64,000 nt of DNA, from positions 28,406-92,405 of IMG/VR virus record IMGVR_UViG_3300008262_000017; one strand, given 5' to 3'. Under the pieces are notes generated by a model. It ran no database searches and was not told the DNA's origin. It saw only the letters and a list, made by a program, of their open reading frames with translations. Below are positions 31,101 to 40,708 of the stretch, piece after piece; positions within the stretch are counted from its first letter, which is position 1, and each line of letters begins with the position of its first letter. The position numbers and the translations under genes were made by a program. The DNA is from a virus.

Positions 31101-31602
31101 TTAATTCAGGAAGTGCAGAGTTAATAACACGAATAAACTGATCGTACCAGTCGCTGTTGGAGGGGTCGTTCCAACCAATAACTTGGCCTGTTAGATTACG
31201 TCCGTTACTATCTAAAATATTTTCAGTAGTAGTAACTGTGTTAAATTTTAGTAGGCCGCTTGCAGGAATATTTCTTTTAACTTTGTAGCTTAATAATCGA
31301 GCTAAACGTAGTACACTTTCACGACGTTCTGCTAAATCTAAGAAGTTTTCACGAGAATTTAAATCAACTCGAAATGCAAAACTTTGTCCTAAAAAGGCAA
31401 TAAGATCAATAAGAGCCAAGTATTCGCTTGACTCAATATAATCGTTAAAATCTTCTGGATAGTTTTCTCTAATGTAGTTAATCATCACGCGGCGAAGGTT
31501 TTCAAAGTCGTAACTTTGAAAATCGGCGTTTTGAAAGCTCTGGTAAATTCTTTTCCAGTCTTCTGCTACTAGTAATCTATTTTGTCTATCGGTTGCTGAC
31601 AT
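28114..31602 (-). CDS. gp6: Baseplate wedge subunit (T4 gp6-like)
   Basis: YDFENLR..DYIESSE..LIDLIAF..RENFLDLAERRESVLRLARLLSY; APATYYTQNRMITAEDY. Confidence 0.85.
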   Translation of the reverse strand: MSATDRQNRLLVAEDWKRIYQSFQNADFQSYDFENLRRVMINYIRENYPEDFNDYIESSEYLALIDLIAFLGQSFAFRVDLNSRENFLDLAERRESVLRLARLLSYKVKRNIPASGLLKFNTVTTTENILDSNGRNLTGQVIGWNDPSNSDWYDQFIRVINSALPELRKFGNPDDKDFVLGIPTEQYRFQTLSTALPIFKFNKTIDGRSMDFEIVSTAFENGNAIVEEPPKIGNQLAFLYRDDGKGNGSGNTGFFLHFKQGTVAQGRFNITQPSTDETVDIDAVNINNSDIWLYRLDKNGAESEYWTQVPNFEGNNVIYNSLNKSIKNFYGVVTRTDDQASLIFSDGVFGNLPQGTFRVYYRVSNGLRYTVNPRDVRNVTIDIPYTSNLGQQERLTVSLSLQSSVTNSSPAEENASIKSRAPATYYTQNRMITAEDYNISPLSVNQEIVKIKAINRTSSGISRYFDLVDPTGKYSKTNLFADDGALYKETYQDSFRFKFRSRTEIEAVIYNQIFPLLSSKNLRNFYYNNFAKIPAELIGAYWYNRTIDTNQVTGYLQDVNNLILKVGTFSSTLLKYFTLGALVKFDAPTGYYFDKNKSNKITPLNGKLIEAIPNAATTLWTKVISVAGDGTNGGTGILITGAGPIVLNDIIPDPYNNVLTLAPKLTEIIPAWRDVLESTTIASMIDLIFGNKAFGLRYDIDSRTWKIITETNLNVIDNFNLGRQGDATNQNVDSSWLVLFTSDTEFYTVASRLERFIFESDKQVRFFFDSSDKVYDVRNNQTVKDKIKILNINSIPGSNYSFNFDKDWEITDQFVGLDGYVDTKKIQVTFNDTDDDGVVDDPTLFNQIVDPDNESIPVESRFVIQEKYEISQGQEDYRYVSNNGKVLFFNSELDINLNNYPNGQYFYFLDTKTVKLFNATTGLLHTSLDYKVSQGRDNLRFQYIHNADYESRIDPGLTNLIDLFVLTKQYDINFRQWLNGSLNIEPLPQSTDDLSNLLSIDLNKIKTVSDEIIYHPVKYKVLFGSKANTDVQATFKVIKNSEVVISDNDVKSKVLSAITEFFNLENWEFGDNFYFSELSAYVMKQLSPNIVNFVIVPKQNNLKFGSLFEIRLEKDQIFINGAGIDDIEIISAITATKINSAGAIDNTAQILNSQNVNSIRRS

Positions 31603-31623
31603 ATCTGCGTCCCATTATACAGA

Positions 31624-31629
31624 TATTTA
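31624..31629 (-). promoter_or_regulatory. gp55-type late promoter (TAAATA)
   Basis: aTAAATA upstream of gp6. Confidence 0.6.
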
Positions 31630-31651
31630 TTGAAATTTATAATGTGAGTGT

Positions 31652-32098
31652 TTAATTGCTAACTAGGCCGTTAGCTTGGTCAAACTTAAATCTAATAGAT
31701 TCTTGTATGTTGTAGGGCAAATATGTTAACTTGCACTCTATTTGTAAACCGCTTTCATACTGTGTGATAACAACTGTATCAGAAGTAATTCTAGGATCGT
31801 AATTAATAATGGCCTCAACGTCTTCAACAATAGCTTGTTTAGATTCTTCTGTTAAAGGTTCAAAAATATAGTCCCATATAATAGTGCCAAATAAGGGATT
31901 TTCAAGTCTTTCTCCTTGACGAACATGAAAATGATTTATAAGATCTTGTTTGATTAAAGCAAAATCATACAGACTAAAACTTTTACTATCGTTGCTAACT
32001 GTGCTAAAACCTTTATATGTTTTAGACATAGGAGCATTAGGTCTTCCGCTAGGACCTTTTAATACAATCTTATCGTATAATTTTTGGCTTGCTGTCAT
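31652..32098 (-). CDS. gp25: Baseplate wedge subunit gp25 (GPW/gp25 family)
   Basis: LIKQDLINHFHVRQGERLENPLFGTIIWDYIFEP..DPRI. Confidence 0.9.
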   Translation of the reverse strand: MTASQKLYDKIVLKGPSGRPNAPMSKTYKGFSTVSNDSKSFSLYDFALIKQDLINHFHVRQGERLENPLFGTIIWDYIFEPLTEESKQAIVEDVEAIINYDPRITSDTVVITQYESGLQIECKLTYLPYNIQESIRFKFDQANGLVSN

Positions 32099-32103
32099 AA
32101 TAA

Positions 32104-32109
32104 TATTTA
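32104..32109 (-). promoter_or_regulatory. gp55-type late promoter, 5 nt before the ATG
   Basis: TAAATA-N5-ATG with no SD. Confidence 0.6.
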
Positions 32110-32112
32110 ACC

Positions 32113-33912
32113 TTATTCGTCGGCGCCGCTTACCTTGGCAAACGTATCTGTAGCAGTAGAATATTTAGACCAAGCTGGCGCAGGTTCACTTAGTGTTTTT
32201 GTTTCTAAGTCTGAATATGCTCCGTCAGTTTGATTCACAGTATTAGTTCTACCGTCTAAATCTCTATCAAGTTTTTCTCGTTTAAACATTTTTGGATCAA
32301 GATTCTCATGGTGAGGCCATGGCTCATGTGTAGGAACTCTACGCAATATAGAATCAATCTCAGGATTTCCTATTTCATTAGGAAGAATATTTACTTTGAG
32401 CTTTGGCGGTAAAACTGCCAACGCTGCTTCTGCAGGTGCTGCTGCACCGGCGGCACTTGCGGCGCCTGGCCCGTTCATATGAATAACTCCGGCGGATTCA
32501 ATATGACTTCCTCCAGATTTAATATTAGTAGACCCGCTTGCTGTAAAATTATTACTGCCCGTTGTTAATAAGTTAAAAGAGCCGCCTACTTTAATTTTTG
32601 TTGTTCCATTTATAGACGAATCTAAACTGCCTTTTACTAAAGATTTTGAGCTACCGTTAGTTACAGAATCCGTACTGCCTTTTGTAAGAGTTTTATAGTC
32701 GGCATCGTTTTGAATGTCAATGTTACCTACAACATGTTTTGTTAACTTTGCTCCTAGAGTTATGTTAACGTCTTGTTTAATGTGTAGATTTTGTCTGCCG
32801 TCTACTATTAAAACTTGATCTTTAGTCACTTCAGTTTGCATACTTCCGCCAACTTTAAGATTGAAGTTGCGTTTTGCTTCTAGATTAATATCTCTATCAG
32901 CTAAAACATTAAAATCTGTTTTTGTATGCATAGTGATAGAGTCTTCAGTGTAGATGTCCATTTTTCCATCACTGGTTAATTCGATCCAAGCTGTTCCTCT
33001 AGCGTTTCCAATATAGATTAAATCTTCACTGTTATGCAATAATATTTGATGTCCTGTTCTAGTACGAATACGAATTAATTCGTTATGCGGTATTTCTTTT
33101 TGACCGTCAGTTTCGCCTTGTTCAACCGCAGCATATTCTGGAGGGCCGTCAGTTGCAGTTGTTTTGCGAATAAACTTATCGTCACCGTCGTCCATTACAA
33201 AACTAGATCCGCCTAATCTGCTTACATACGCTTGATCAATAGGGCTTTCTTTTTTACCTATTTTTCCCCTTTTACCTTTTTTATCAATAGGACCAGGAGT
33301 GCTTATACCAAAAACTGCACTAGGAATTTCTCTACGAGCACTAGAAGTAGTAATGCCTCTGATATCATCTTGTAATAATCCTTGGGTATCTAGCGTGCCT
33401 TCAAACGGAGTTGCTGGTTTTTTAAATTTTGTTGGGTCTACGCTGCTGTCATTTTTAATTTTATTGTACTCAGCAACCGGCACTCTAGCTTTATCAGTTT
33501 CTTTACTTGTAGCAAAACTTGTTGCAGCATAGCCTGGCATCATAAAGTTCATATATTGATCTTGAGCACAACCTATCCAATATCCTTTTCTAGGATCTCC
33601 GTCAATAAAAATAACAACAACAATGCCGCCAATATCGGGCGGTATCATCCACATTCCATAACTTTTTTGTGTATTGTTATAATCTTCATCACCTTCATCA
33701 ATATGCCTAATACTAGTTTGTCCTGCAAACGGACTTAGATATTTTACTTGATGCAATTGACCTGTTGAGTCTGTGTCGTTGCCAGACTCGTGCATTAGTT
33801 GCACTTCTAGAGTGCCCATGTATGTAGGATCTAAATGACTTACAATTTTTGCAAGGTACGGTCCTGGACTCGGAAGCGAGTAATTCGTGCCTTTTCTTTC
33901 TTCGATAGCCAT
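32113..33912 (-). CDS. gp5: Baseplate central spike (gp5/VgrG-like: OB-fold plus beta-helix)
   Basis: YGMWMIPPDIG..VVVIFIDGDPRKGYWIGC OB-fold; RTRTGHQILLHNSE; repetitive beta-helix; no lysozyme domain recognised. Confidence 0.8.
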   Translation of the reverse strand: MAIEERKGTNYSLPSPGPYLAKIVSHLDPTYMGTLEVQLMHESGNDTDSTGQLHQVKYLSPFAGQTSIRHIDEGDEDYNNTQKSYGMWMIPPDIGGIVVVIFIDGDPRKGYWIGCAQDQYMNFMMPGYAATSFATSKETDKARVPVAEYNKIKNDSSVDPTKFKKPATPFEGTLDTQGLLQDDIRGITTSSARREIPSAVFGISTPGPIDKKGKRGKIGKKESPIDQAYVSRLGGSSFVMDDGDDKFIRKTTATDGPPEYAAVEQGETDGQKEIPHNELIRIRTRTGHQILLHNSEDLIYIGNARGTAWIELTSDGKMDIYTEDSITMHTKTDFNVLADRDINLEAKRNFNLKVGGSMQTEVTKDQVLIVDGRQNLHIKQDVNITLGAKLTKHVVGNIDIQNDADYKTLTKGSTDSVTNGSSKSLVKGSLDSSINGTTKIKVGGSFNLLTTGSNNFTASGSTNIKSGGSHIESAGVIHMNGPGAASAAGAAAPAEAALAVLPPKLKVNILPNEIGNPEIDSILRRVPTHEPWPHHENLDPKMFKREKLDRDLDGRTNTVNQTDGAYSDLETKTLSEPAPAWSKYSTATDTFAKVSGADE

Positions 33913-33915
33913 TTA

Positions 33916-35922
33916 TTAGGCTCCTTTGCTGAATTCTTGGTTTAATGGCGATTCCGTTGCAATTGGACCGCCTTCTCTATTTGTAGATTCTTGGTTTCTT
34001 CTTCTTACAAGATTTAAAGTTTGAGAAAATTTTCCTTTAGAAAAATTATTCTCTAATGTAAGAACTTGATACAATCCGCTAAATGCTTTTAATAATTCAG
34101 TACCTGATGGGAATTCGTATAGTCCATTAGGTTTTCCATTGTCAACTGGCACTCTAAAGTTTATAATGACATCAACTTCTCCGCTTTGGTAATCCATAGA
34201 GCCATCTGAATTCATATTCATGTATTCTGTTTGTTTTGCAGAATAGTTTCCAAAACCGCTGTCTGCCAAATAATAAGGATCTCCGATAATTGTTAAATCA
34301 AGTTCTAATATATCTGACTGTGATGTTACTGCTTCCATAAACTGTCTAGCTGCACGAGATTTAAAATCTTCTAAAGCGCCGCCGCCTCGATTTGCTAAAG
34401 GAGTTTTTATTCCTGTAGCAAGAAGTTTATTAGGTAATTCTACTTTAGACAAATCTTCATTCTTTAAAACAAACTCTTTAGTTGCAGGAGCAGTACCTAC
34501 TGCTGTACTAGATTGAGCACCAATAGCAGCGTCGCCGCCAGTTAAATTTCTATCAGCACTCATAGCAGTATAAAAACCTGCTTTAAATTGTAAATCAAAA
34601 TCTAGTACATCAACGTTTTTGCCAGTATAGATATAGTTGTATTCTTTTAGTGCTTGACGTTTTAGATTAGTCTTACCTTTAAGACTAGTACCAGGCGCAC
34701 TTAATTTAGATACGTGAACTTTGTAAGGTATAACCCTATATCGAATATTCTTAGGATATGTACCGGATGAGTTAACTTGATTATCTACTTGTATAACCCT
34801 TGCTTCAATTCTCCACCAATCTACCATACCGTTTTCATCAACTGTTTCAAGTGCAGCACGACCATATTCACTCATTAAAATAACTTGGTTAATAACGTTG
34901 ATGATATCACTGCCTTGTGCAAACTTAAATTCTGTTTTCTGAGGATCAATAACTGATTTACTTCTTTTAAAAGTTCCACTAGCTGCATCGTACACACTGA
35001 TTTCTTGACCAAAAGGTTGCATACCCATACGCTTAGTATCAAATCCCATACTGGCTAACGCAATTTTATTGAACCCGCCGTCTTGATCAGGAGACTCGGG
35101 AAAATCTATTGAATATGTATCTGCGGCGTTGTCATCTCCTGACTTTTGAATAATTTCTGCTGCTCTAGCATTTAAAACATTTTCAAGCGTTTTGTTTGCA
35201 TCAGGTCCTGCTGCTCCGCCTTTTAACATTTCTAAAACTGTTTTACCTACAATAGCTACATCAGTTTTAAGCTCTGCATGAACAGTTGTAAATGCTTTAT
35301 CAGTCCAAGGATATGCTTCTATTTGATAAACTGAACCAGCTGCTGTAACTTTCATATCAAGCGTTTGAATACGCATTGGAATGTATTTTGTTGTGTTAGG
35401 AATTTTTATGTTTTGTTCATTAGGAGTCTTGTGTCCATAAAATTCAATTGTTAGTAACAAAGGAACTTCTGTGTAATTGGTGTTCCCATTTTCTAAAGCT
35501 GCAATCTGCAATACTTGGAAAAGCATTCCCATACTGTAAGGTTCAGTAACTTTAAAACTTATAGAAGTTGCATTTGTATTTCCGCCTGCGGCTTTGAATC
35601 CAACAGCAGAAGCAAGACGTAAATCATCCATATAGAAATCATACTTGCCTGAAGGATTAACAGCAGTAGTATAAACTGTAGATACTCGATTATCAGGTTG
35701 TCCGCTAGCACTTCTTAAAATAATTTTTTTATCACTTAGACTTTGTTTTCTATAATCAGAACCGTTGATGTCATTGTTTGACATAACTGATAAAGTAAAG
35801 ACATAGTTATACAAAGCATAATCATGAAGAACATTAATAAATGGAGGTGATCCTGAAACAGGAGCTGCTGATTTTGGTGCTGATGATCCGGCGCCTTCGC
35901 TTGTTACTTTTGTCGTAGCCAT
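33916..35922 (-). CDS. Baseplate hub protein (gp27-like)
   Basis: LELDLTIIGDPYYL and FSGLYQVLTLENNFSKGKFSQTLNL hub-type C-terminus; lies between gp53-like and gp5. Confidence 0.6.
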   Translation of the reverse strand: MATTKVTSEGAGSSAPKSAAPVSGSPPFINVLHDYALYNYVFTLSVMSNNDINGSDYRKQSLSDKKIILRSASGQPDNRVSTVYTTAVNPSGKYDFYMDDLRLASAVGFKAAGGNTNATSISFKVTEPYSMGMLFQVLQIAALENGNTNYTEVPLLLTIEFYGHKTPNEQNIKIPNTTKYIPMRIQTLDMKVTAAGSVYQIEAYPWTDKAFTTVHAELKTDVAIVGKTVLEMLKGGAAGPDANKTLENVLNARAAEIIQKSGDDNAADTYSIDFPESPDQDGGFNKIALASMGFDTKRMGMQPFGQEISVYDAASGTFKRSKSVIDPQKTEFKFAQGSDIINVINQVILMSEYGRAALETVDENGMVDWWRIEARVIQVDNQVNSSGTYPKNIRYRVIPYKVHVSKLSAPGTSLKGKTNLKRQALKEYNYIYTGKNVDVLDFDLQFKAGFYTAMSADRNLTGGDAAIGAQSSTAVGTAPATKEFVLKNEDLSKVELPNKLLATGIKTPLANRGGGALEDFKSRAARQFMEAVTSQSDILELDLTIIGDPYYLADSGFGNYSAKQTEYMNMNSDGSMDYQSGEVDVIINFRVPVDNGKPNGLYEFPSGTELLKAFSGLYQVLTLENNFSKGKFSQTLNLVRRRNQESTNREGGPIATESPLNQEFSKGA

Positions 35923-35925
35923 ATT

Positions 35926-36225
35926 TTATAAACCTAAAGAAGCAAATAAATTTTCTTTTCTTGGAAGGTATAATTCAACTCCTGGAACAAAGTCAAAGAT
36001 AGGATCTTTAATTCTGTCCATATTACGTTGAGCAAAAACCCACCACAACTTAGGAGTACCGTAAAGTGCCTGTGATGCAAGATCCGGCCTGTGTATAAAA
36101 GGAGTAGTAATAGTCCACCTGTCGTCATCAGGATCGGCTGCTATAGGACGAATTGCTAATAAATCAAGATAGTCTTCAGTTATTGGAGTAGTAAACCAAG
36201 GACTGGTTGAACTGTACAATGCCAT
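35926..36225 (-). CDS. gp53: Baseplate wedge protein gp53-like (LysM-like)
   Basis: HRPDLASQALYGTPKLWWVFAQRN..DPIFDF..GVELYLP. Confidence 0.75.
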   Translation of the reverse strand: MALYSSTSPWFTTPITEDYLDLLAIRPIAADPDDDRWTITTPFIHRPDLASQALYGTPKLWWVFAQRNMDRIKDPIFDFVPGVELYLPRKENLFASLGL

Positions 36226-36971
36226 TATACATAACCTCCAGTTTTAACATAGCCGCCACTAACAAATTTTGTTAAGCTAAATTGTCTAGCTGCTTCTCTA
36301 CTATAAACAGGTTGTAGTTGCAAAGTTAATGTGCTTTTTGTAGGAACTCTAGAAGTTTTAGCACTACCTAACAGTCCTCCTATAGCACTGCCTACTGCAC
36401 CTCCAAGTGCTCCTGCAACTGATCCTAACACACTATCATCAGCAGGAATATAATCTGCATCTGAAGGTAGATCCATGCTAAAACTTTTTACTACCACAGG
36501 AAGATTATTAAATACATGCTCTCCATATGCATTGAATTTTAATATGGGAGGAGGATTGCCGGCATCTGCATCTGTTCCTGCAAACATTTTTGTAGCAGAT
36601 CTTAAAAAATGCAGAGTCGCAACCCAATAAAGTGCTTGCTGTCCGTCTTCAACGTTGAAAGGACCTGACACTGTAATAGTATCTGCTCTAGAGTTTTCAT
36701 AAGCAATAAATTGATAGTTTTGGTGAGTTACTGCAACATCACTATAGTTTGCTGTATGACTTAATTGAATAGTAGGAGTATAGGGAAATATCAATCCGCC
36801 AACGTCTCTCAAAGGTTTTAGAACTGTGCTATCATTAAATCCTTTAATATCAGGAATGCTAAGTCTAACACGCCAGTCTTTTGATGAGTCCGATGGGCCA
36901 AAAATTGCAGCGATTCCTCCAGAAATCAAACTAGCTGGGTTAAGGGATGGCAATTCAATTTTGGGTAGCAT
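36225..36971 (-). CDS. Tail tube initiator / baseplate protein (gp48/gp54-like)
   Basis: GLIFPYTPTI..GNPPPILKFNAYG..NLPVVVKSFSMDLP; start ATG 36971 with GGAG SD. Confidence 0.6.
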   Translation of the reverse strand: MLPKIELPSLNPASLISGGIAAIFGPSDSSKDWRVRLSIPDIKGFNDSTVLKPLRDVGGLIFPYTPTIQLSHTANYSDVAVTHQNYQFIAYENSRADTITVSGPFNVEDGQQALYWVATLHFLRSATKMFAGTDADAGNPPPILKFNAYGEHVFNNLPVVVKSFSMDLPSDADYIPADDSVLGSVAGALGGAVGSAIGGLLGSAKTSRVPTKSTLTLQLQPVYSREAARQFSLTKFVSGGYVKTGGYV

Positions 36972-36992
36972 TATATATCTCCATTTATCCAT

Positions 36993-36998
36993 TATTTA
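36993..36998 (-). promoter_or_regulatory. gp55-type late promoter heading the baseplate operon
   Basis: TAAATA on the minus strand, adjacent to the divergent sigma70 promoter. Confidence 0.6.
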
Positions 36999-36999
36999 G

Positions 37000-37028
37000 T
37001 TGACAAAATAAACTGCATATATTATAAT
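37000..37028 (+). promoter_or_regulatory. Consensus sigma70 promoter for the late sigma factor gene
   Basis: TTGACA (37000-37005), 17-nt spacer, TATAAT (37023-37028). Confidence 0.85.
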
Positions 37029-37049
37029 GCGCTAACCCCTTGGAGTAAT

Positions 37050-37871
37050 ATGAAAGTTAACTATTTAAATAACAAAGATCTACTAGAAGAAATTCACAAA
37101 AGCAAAAACACATTCTGTTCGTTTAACGATCCGTCTTATCACCAATATGATATTATCTTGCCCAATGTTGATAAAATCAACATTAGAACTATTGCAGAAG
37201 CTAAAAGAAATAAAGCCAAGCGATTAGGGGATCAAGAATATGCAAGACGTAAAGCTGCCGGCGAAAAAGTTAAGCAAGCAGAGTGCGAAGTAGATTATAA
37301 AAAAATCACAAAACAAGAACTAGTGTTTAGAATCATGACATTCGATCATATTCCGCTAAATGGCACTAGAAAAAAGAATCCCAAAAGTGTAGCTGATCAT
37401 AGAGATAAAGTAAATTTTCCTCCATTCCAACATTTTAAGTTTAACGATCAAGATATTTTAGAATGTGTTGGAAAAAGTCACTGGAAGGGTCCGTTAGATA
37501 CTGGTAAATTTAATAAAGATCACGGACAGATTACAAATACACTAGCACGGATGTATATCAAACTGTGCGAGCGTTATGCTACTAGGGGTAACGTTAGAGG
37601 TTACACTTACAACGACGAAATGAAGGGGCAGGCTATTTTACAACTTGCCCAAATTGGTCTACAGTTTGACGAGTCAAAGTCTAATAATCCGTTTGCTTAC
37701 TTTACAGCCGCTGTAACTAATAGCTTTGTTCGTATTATTAACTTGGAAAAACGCAATCAAAACATTCGAGATGATCTGCTTGAAATTAATGGTATGAATC
37801 CTAGCTACACTAGAACTAGCGACGGCGATCATGCTAACGCTATGAAAAGATTTGATGCCGAAACCGAGTGA
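37050..37871 (+). CDS. gp55: Sigma factor for late transcription (T4 gp55-like)
   Basis: NYLNNKDLLEEI; GYTYNDEM..FDESKSNNPFAYFTAAVTNSFVRIINLEK; directly upstream of gp47/gp46 as in T4. Confidence 0.85.
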   Translation: MKVNYLNNKDLLEEIHKSKNTFCSFNDPSYHQYDIILPNVDKINIRTIAEAKRNKAKRLGDQEYARRKAAGEKVKQAECEVDYKKITKQELVFRIMTFDHIPLNGTRKKNPKSVADHRDKVNFPPFQHFKFNDQDILECVGKSHWKGPLDTGKFNKDHGQITNTLARMYIKLCERYATRGNVRGYTYNDEMKGQAILQLAQIGLQFDESKSNNPFAYFTAAVTNSFVRIINLEKRNQNIRDDLLEINGMNPSYTRTSDGDHANAMKRFDAETE

Positions 37872-37896
37872 CTTTCAGTTTACAATACGTTATACT
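37868..37896 (+). promoter_or_regulatory. Sigma70-like promoter for gp47/gp46
   Basis: GTGACT, 17-nt spacer, TATACT. Confidence 0.5.
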
Positions 37897-37916
37897 GTGT
37901 CAGTAAGGATATTATC

Positions 37917-38930
37917 TTGAGTAATTTATTTAAAAAAACAGCCTGTTTTACTGACATTCATTTCGGATTGAAGTCAAACAGTCAAGTACACAACCAAGAC
38001 TGCAACGATTTTGTAGATTGGTACATTGCAGAAGCCAAGAAAGAAGGGTGCGATACAGGCATCTTTCTTGGCGACTGGCATCACAACCGCAACAGTTTGA
38101 ACATTACTACAATGGATCACAGCTTGAGGGCTTTGGAAAAATTAGGTGCTGCCTTTGATCAGTTCTTTTTCTTTCCTGGCAATCATGATTTGTACTACAA
38201 AGACAAACGTGATATTCACTCAGTAGAGTTTGGCAAGTATATTCCCGGCGTTACTATTGTACACAAGCCTATGACAATAGGTGATGTTACTATGTGCCCA
38301 TGGTTAGTAGGCGATGAGTGGAAAACTATCGGCAAGAAAGGTGGCAAATATATATTTGGTCACTTTGAACTGCCCAGCTTCTTTATGAATGCCATGGTGC
38401 AAATGCCGGATCATGGTGAAATTCAATTAGACAGCTTTAAAGGTTACGAACTAGGCTTTAGCGGACACTTTCACAAACGTCAAGTTAAACAGAACATGCA
38501 CTACATTGGCAATGCATTTCCCCATAACTATGCAGATGCATGGGATGATGACCGCGGCATGATGATATTAGAATGGGGCAAACAACCTGTTTACAAAACT
38601 TGGCTAGATGCTCCTAAGTTTAGAACTGTAAAGCTCAGCAAGTTGATCGACGAAGCTGATGATTTATTGTTGAGTAAGATGCATCTTCGTGTAGGACTTG
38701 ACATTGATATCAGTTACGAAGAAGCTAGCTTTATCAAAGAAAAGTTTATTGCCGACTACGACATTAGAGAACTTACACTGATTCCTGAAAAGAAAGAAGT
38801 TGAGATCAATACTACTATTGATATTCAAACTTTTGAATCAGTAGATCAAATTGTATCCAATCAATTGGTCAATATTGAAAGCGACACTTACGATAACAAA
38901 GTGTTGTTGAGCATTTATAACAGCCTATGA
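37917..38930 (+). CDS. gp47: Recombination endonuclease subunit (Mre11/SbcD-like)
   Basis: Metallophosphoesterase motifs TDIHFG, LGDWHH, GNHD, FGHFE, SGHFH. Confidence 0.92.
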   Translation: MSNLFKKTACFTDIHFGLKSNSQVHNQDCNDFVDWYIAEAKKEGCDTGIFLGDWHHNRNSLNITTMDHSLRALEKLGAAFDQFFFFPGNHDLYYKDKRDIHSVEFGKYIPGVTIVHKPMTIGDVTMCPWLVGDEWKTIGKKGGKYIFGHFELPSFFMNAMVQMPDHGEIQLDSFKGYELGFSGHFHKRQVKQNMHYIGNAFPHNYADAWDDDRGMMILEWGKQPVYKTWLDAPKFRTVKLSKLIDEADDLLLSKMHLRVGLDIDISYEEASFIKEKFIADYDIRELTLIPEKKEVEINTTIDIQTFESVDQIVSNQLVNIESDTYDNKVLLSIYNSL

Positions 38931-40708
38931 CTATAAAAATTAAAGAATTAACCGTTAAGAACTTTATGAGCGTGGGTAATCAAACCCAGGCTGTGGACTT
39001 TTGTAAAGAAAACTTAACATTAGTGTTAGGTGAAAACTTAGATCAAGGCGGAGATGACAGCGGCAGTCGCAACGGTACAGGTAAAACAACTATTGTCAAT
39101 GCCTTAAGCTTTGCATTGTTTGGCACTGCACTGACTAACATTAAAAAAGACAACCTTATTAATAAAATTAACAATAAGGGCATGTTGGTTACACTGAGTT
39201 TTGACAAAGACGGCAACAAATATAAGATCGAACGTGGTCGTAAGCCCACTGTTATGAAGTTTTATGTCAATGATCAAGAACAAGCTGCCAACGACAACGA
39301 TGACAGTCAAGGTGACATGCGTGAAACGCAAAAGGATATTCACGAATTGTTGGGCATGACACATGATATGTTCAAACATATTGTAGCCTTGAACACTTAT
39401 ACTGAACCGTTCTTGAGCATGAAAGCCAATGAACAGAGAGAAATCATTGAGCAGTTGTTGGGCATTACCTTGCTAAGTGAGAAAGCCGAAGCTCTCAAAG
39501 AACGAGTTAGAGAAACTAAAGAAGCAATCATACAAGAAACTTCAAACATCGAAGCAACTAAACGTAGCAATGACAAAATTCAAATCAGTATCGACAGTTT
39601 GATTACAAGGCAACGTGCTTGGAACAAACAACGAGATCTAGATTTAGAAAAGATTGCCGGCAGTATTGCAGAATTACAACAAGTTGACATTGAAAAAGAA
39701 TTAGAGCAACATGCTAAACTAAAAACATACGACGAGTTGGCTGCAAGAATTAAAAGTCTAAGCAAAGAAAAAGCAACTCTTGAAAATGCACTAGGGCAAG
39801 CTGATAGGTCTGTTGCAAAATATCAAAAAGAAGTTGAACAGCTTAAAGATAACAAGTGTCCTGCTTGTGAACAAGACTTGCACGATCACAAACACGACGA
39901 ATTAAAAGCTCGTGCTGACAAAAATTTAGAAGAATCAGGCGTATATCTTTCTAAAGTCACTCATGACTTGAGTAAAGTTGTAGGCGAGTTAGATAAAATA
40001 GGCGACATTAACGGACGCCCAAAGGTATATTATGAAACTCTCGAGGAAGCTCTACGGCATCAAAACAATTTGGCTACGCTTGAAAGTGCGTTGGTGGCTA
40101 AGGCGGGCGAACAGGATCCTTACCAAGAACAAATTGAAGAACTCCAACAAACTGCACTCCAAGATGTAAACTGGGATGCTGTTAATAATTTGAACACACT
40201 CAAAGACCATCAAGAGTTTTTGTTAAAATTGTTGACAAACAAAGACAGTTTTATTCGTAAAAAGATTATTGATCAGAACTTAGCTTACTTAAACAACAGG
40301 CTAACTTATTATCTTGACAAGATGGGCTTGCCTCATACTGTTACATTCTTAAACGACTTAACTGTTGAGATTATGCAGTTAGGTCAAGACTTAGACTTTG
40401 ACAACTTGTCACGTGGTGAACGCAACAGATTGATTTTAGGATTGAGCTGGGCATTCCGTGATGTATGGGAAAGTTTATATCAAAGTATCAACTTGTTGTT
40501 CATTGACGAATTAATCGACAACGGTTTAGATGCTAACGGTGTTGAAAATGCACTGAGTGTACTTAAGAAGATGGGCAGAGAACGCAAGAAAAACATTTAT
40601 CTAATCAGTCACAAGGATGAATTGATTGGGCGTGTTAACAATGTTCTCAAAGTTATTAAAGAAAATGGTTTTACCAGCTACGCTAATGATCTTGAAATTG
40701 AAGAATGA
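38927..40708 (+). CDS. gp46: Recombination ATPase subunit (Rad50/SbcC-like)
   Basis: Walker A NGTGKT, coiled coil with CPAC zinc hook, signature LSRGE, Walker B LFIDE, ISH. Confidence 0.93.
   Translation: MTIKIKELTVKNFMSVGNQTQAVDFCKENLTLVLGENLDQGGDDSGSRNGTGKTTIVNALSFALFGTALTNIKKDNLINKINNKGMLVTLSFDKDGNKYKIERGRKPTVMKFYVNDQEQAANDNDDSQGDMRETQKDIHELLGMTHDMFKHIVALNTYTEPFLSMKANEQREIIEQLLGITLLSEKAEALKERVRETKEAIIQETSNIEATKRSNDKIQISIDSLITRQRAWNKQRDLDLEKIAGSIAELQQVDIEKELEQHAKLKTYDELAARIKSLSKEKATLENALGQADRSVAKYQKEVEQLKDNKCPACEQDLHDHKHDELKARADKNLEESGVYLSKVTHDLSKVVGELDKIGDINGRPKVYYETLEEALRHQNNLATLESALVAKAGEQDPYQEQIEELQQTALQDVNWDAVNNLNTLKDHQEFLLKLLTNKDSFIRKKIIDQNLAYLNNRLTYYLDKMGLPHTVTFLNDLTVEIMQLGQDLDFDNLSRGERNRLILGLSWAFRDVWESLYQSINLLFIDELIDNGLDANGVENALSVLKKMGRERKKNIYLISHKDELIGRVNNVLKVIKENGFTSYANDLEIEE

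Noticed and set aside
38927-40708. Intein or other insertion in gp46 (extended P-loop GENLDQGGDDSGSRNGTGKT, LSRGE signature)
   Set aside because: Length is normal for gp46 and there are no intein splice motifs; only a short loop variant.
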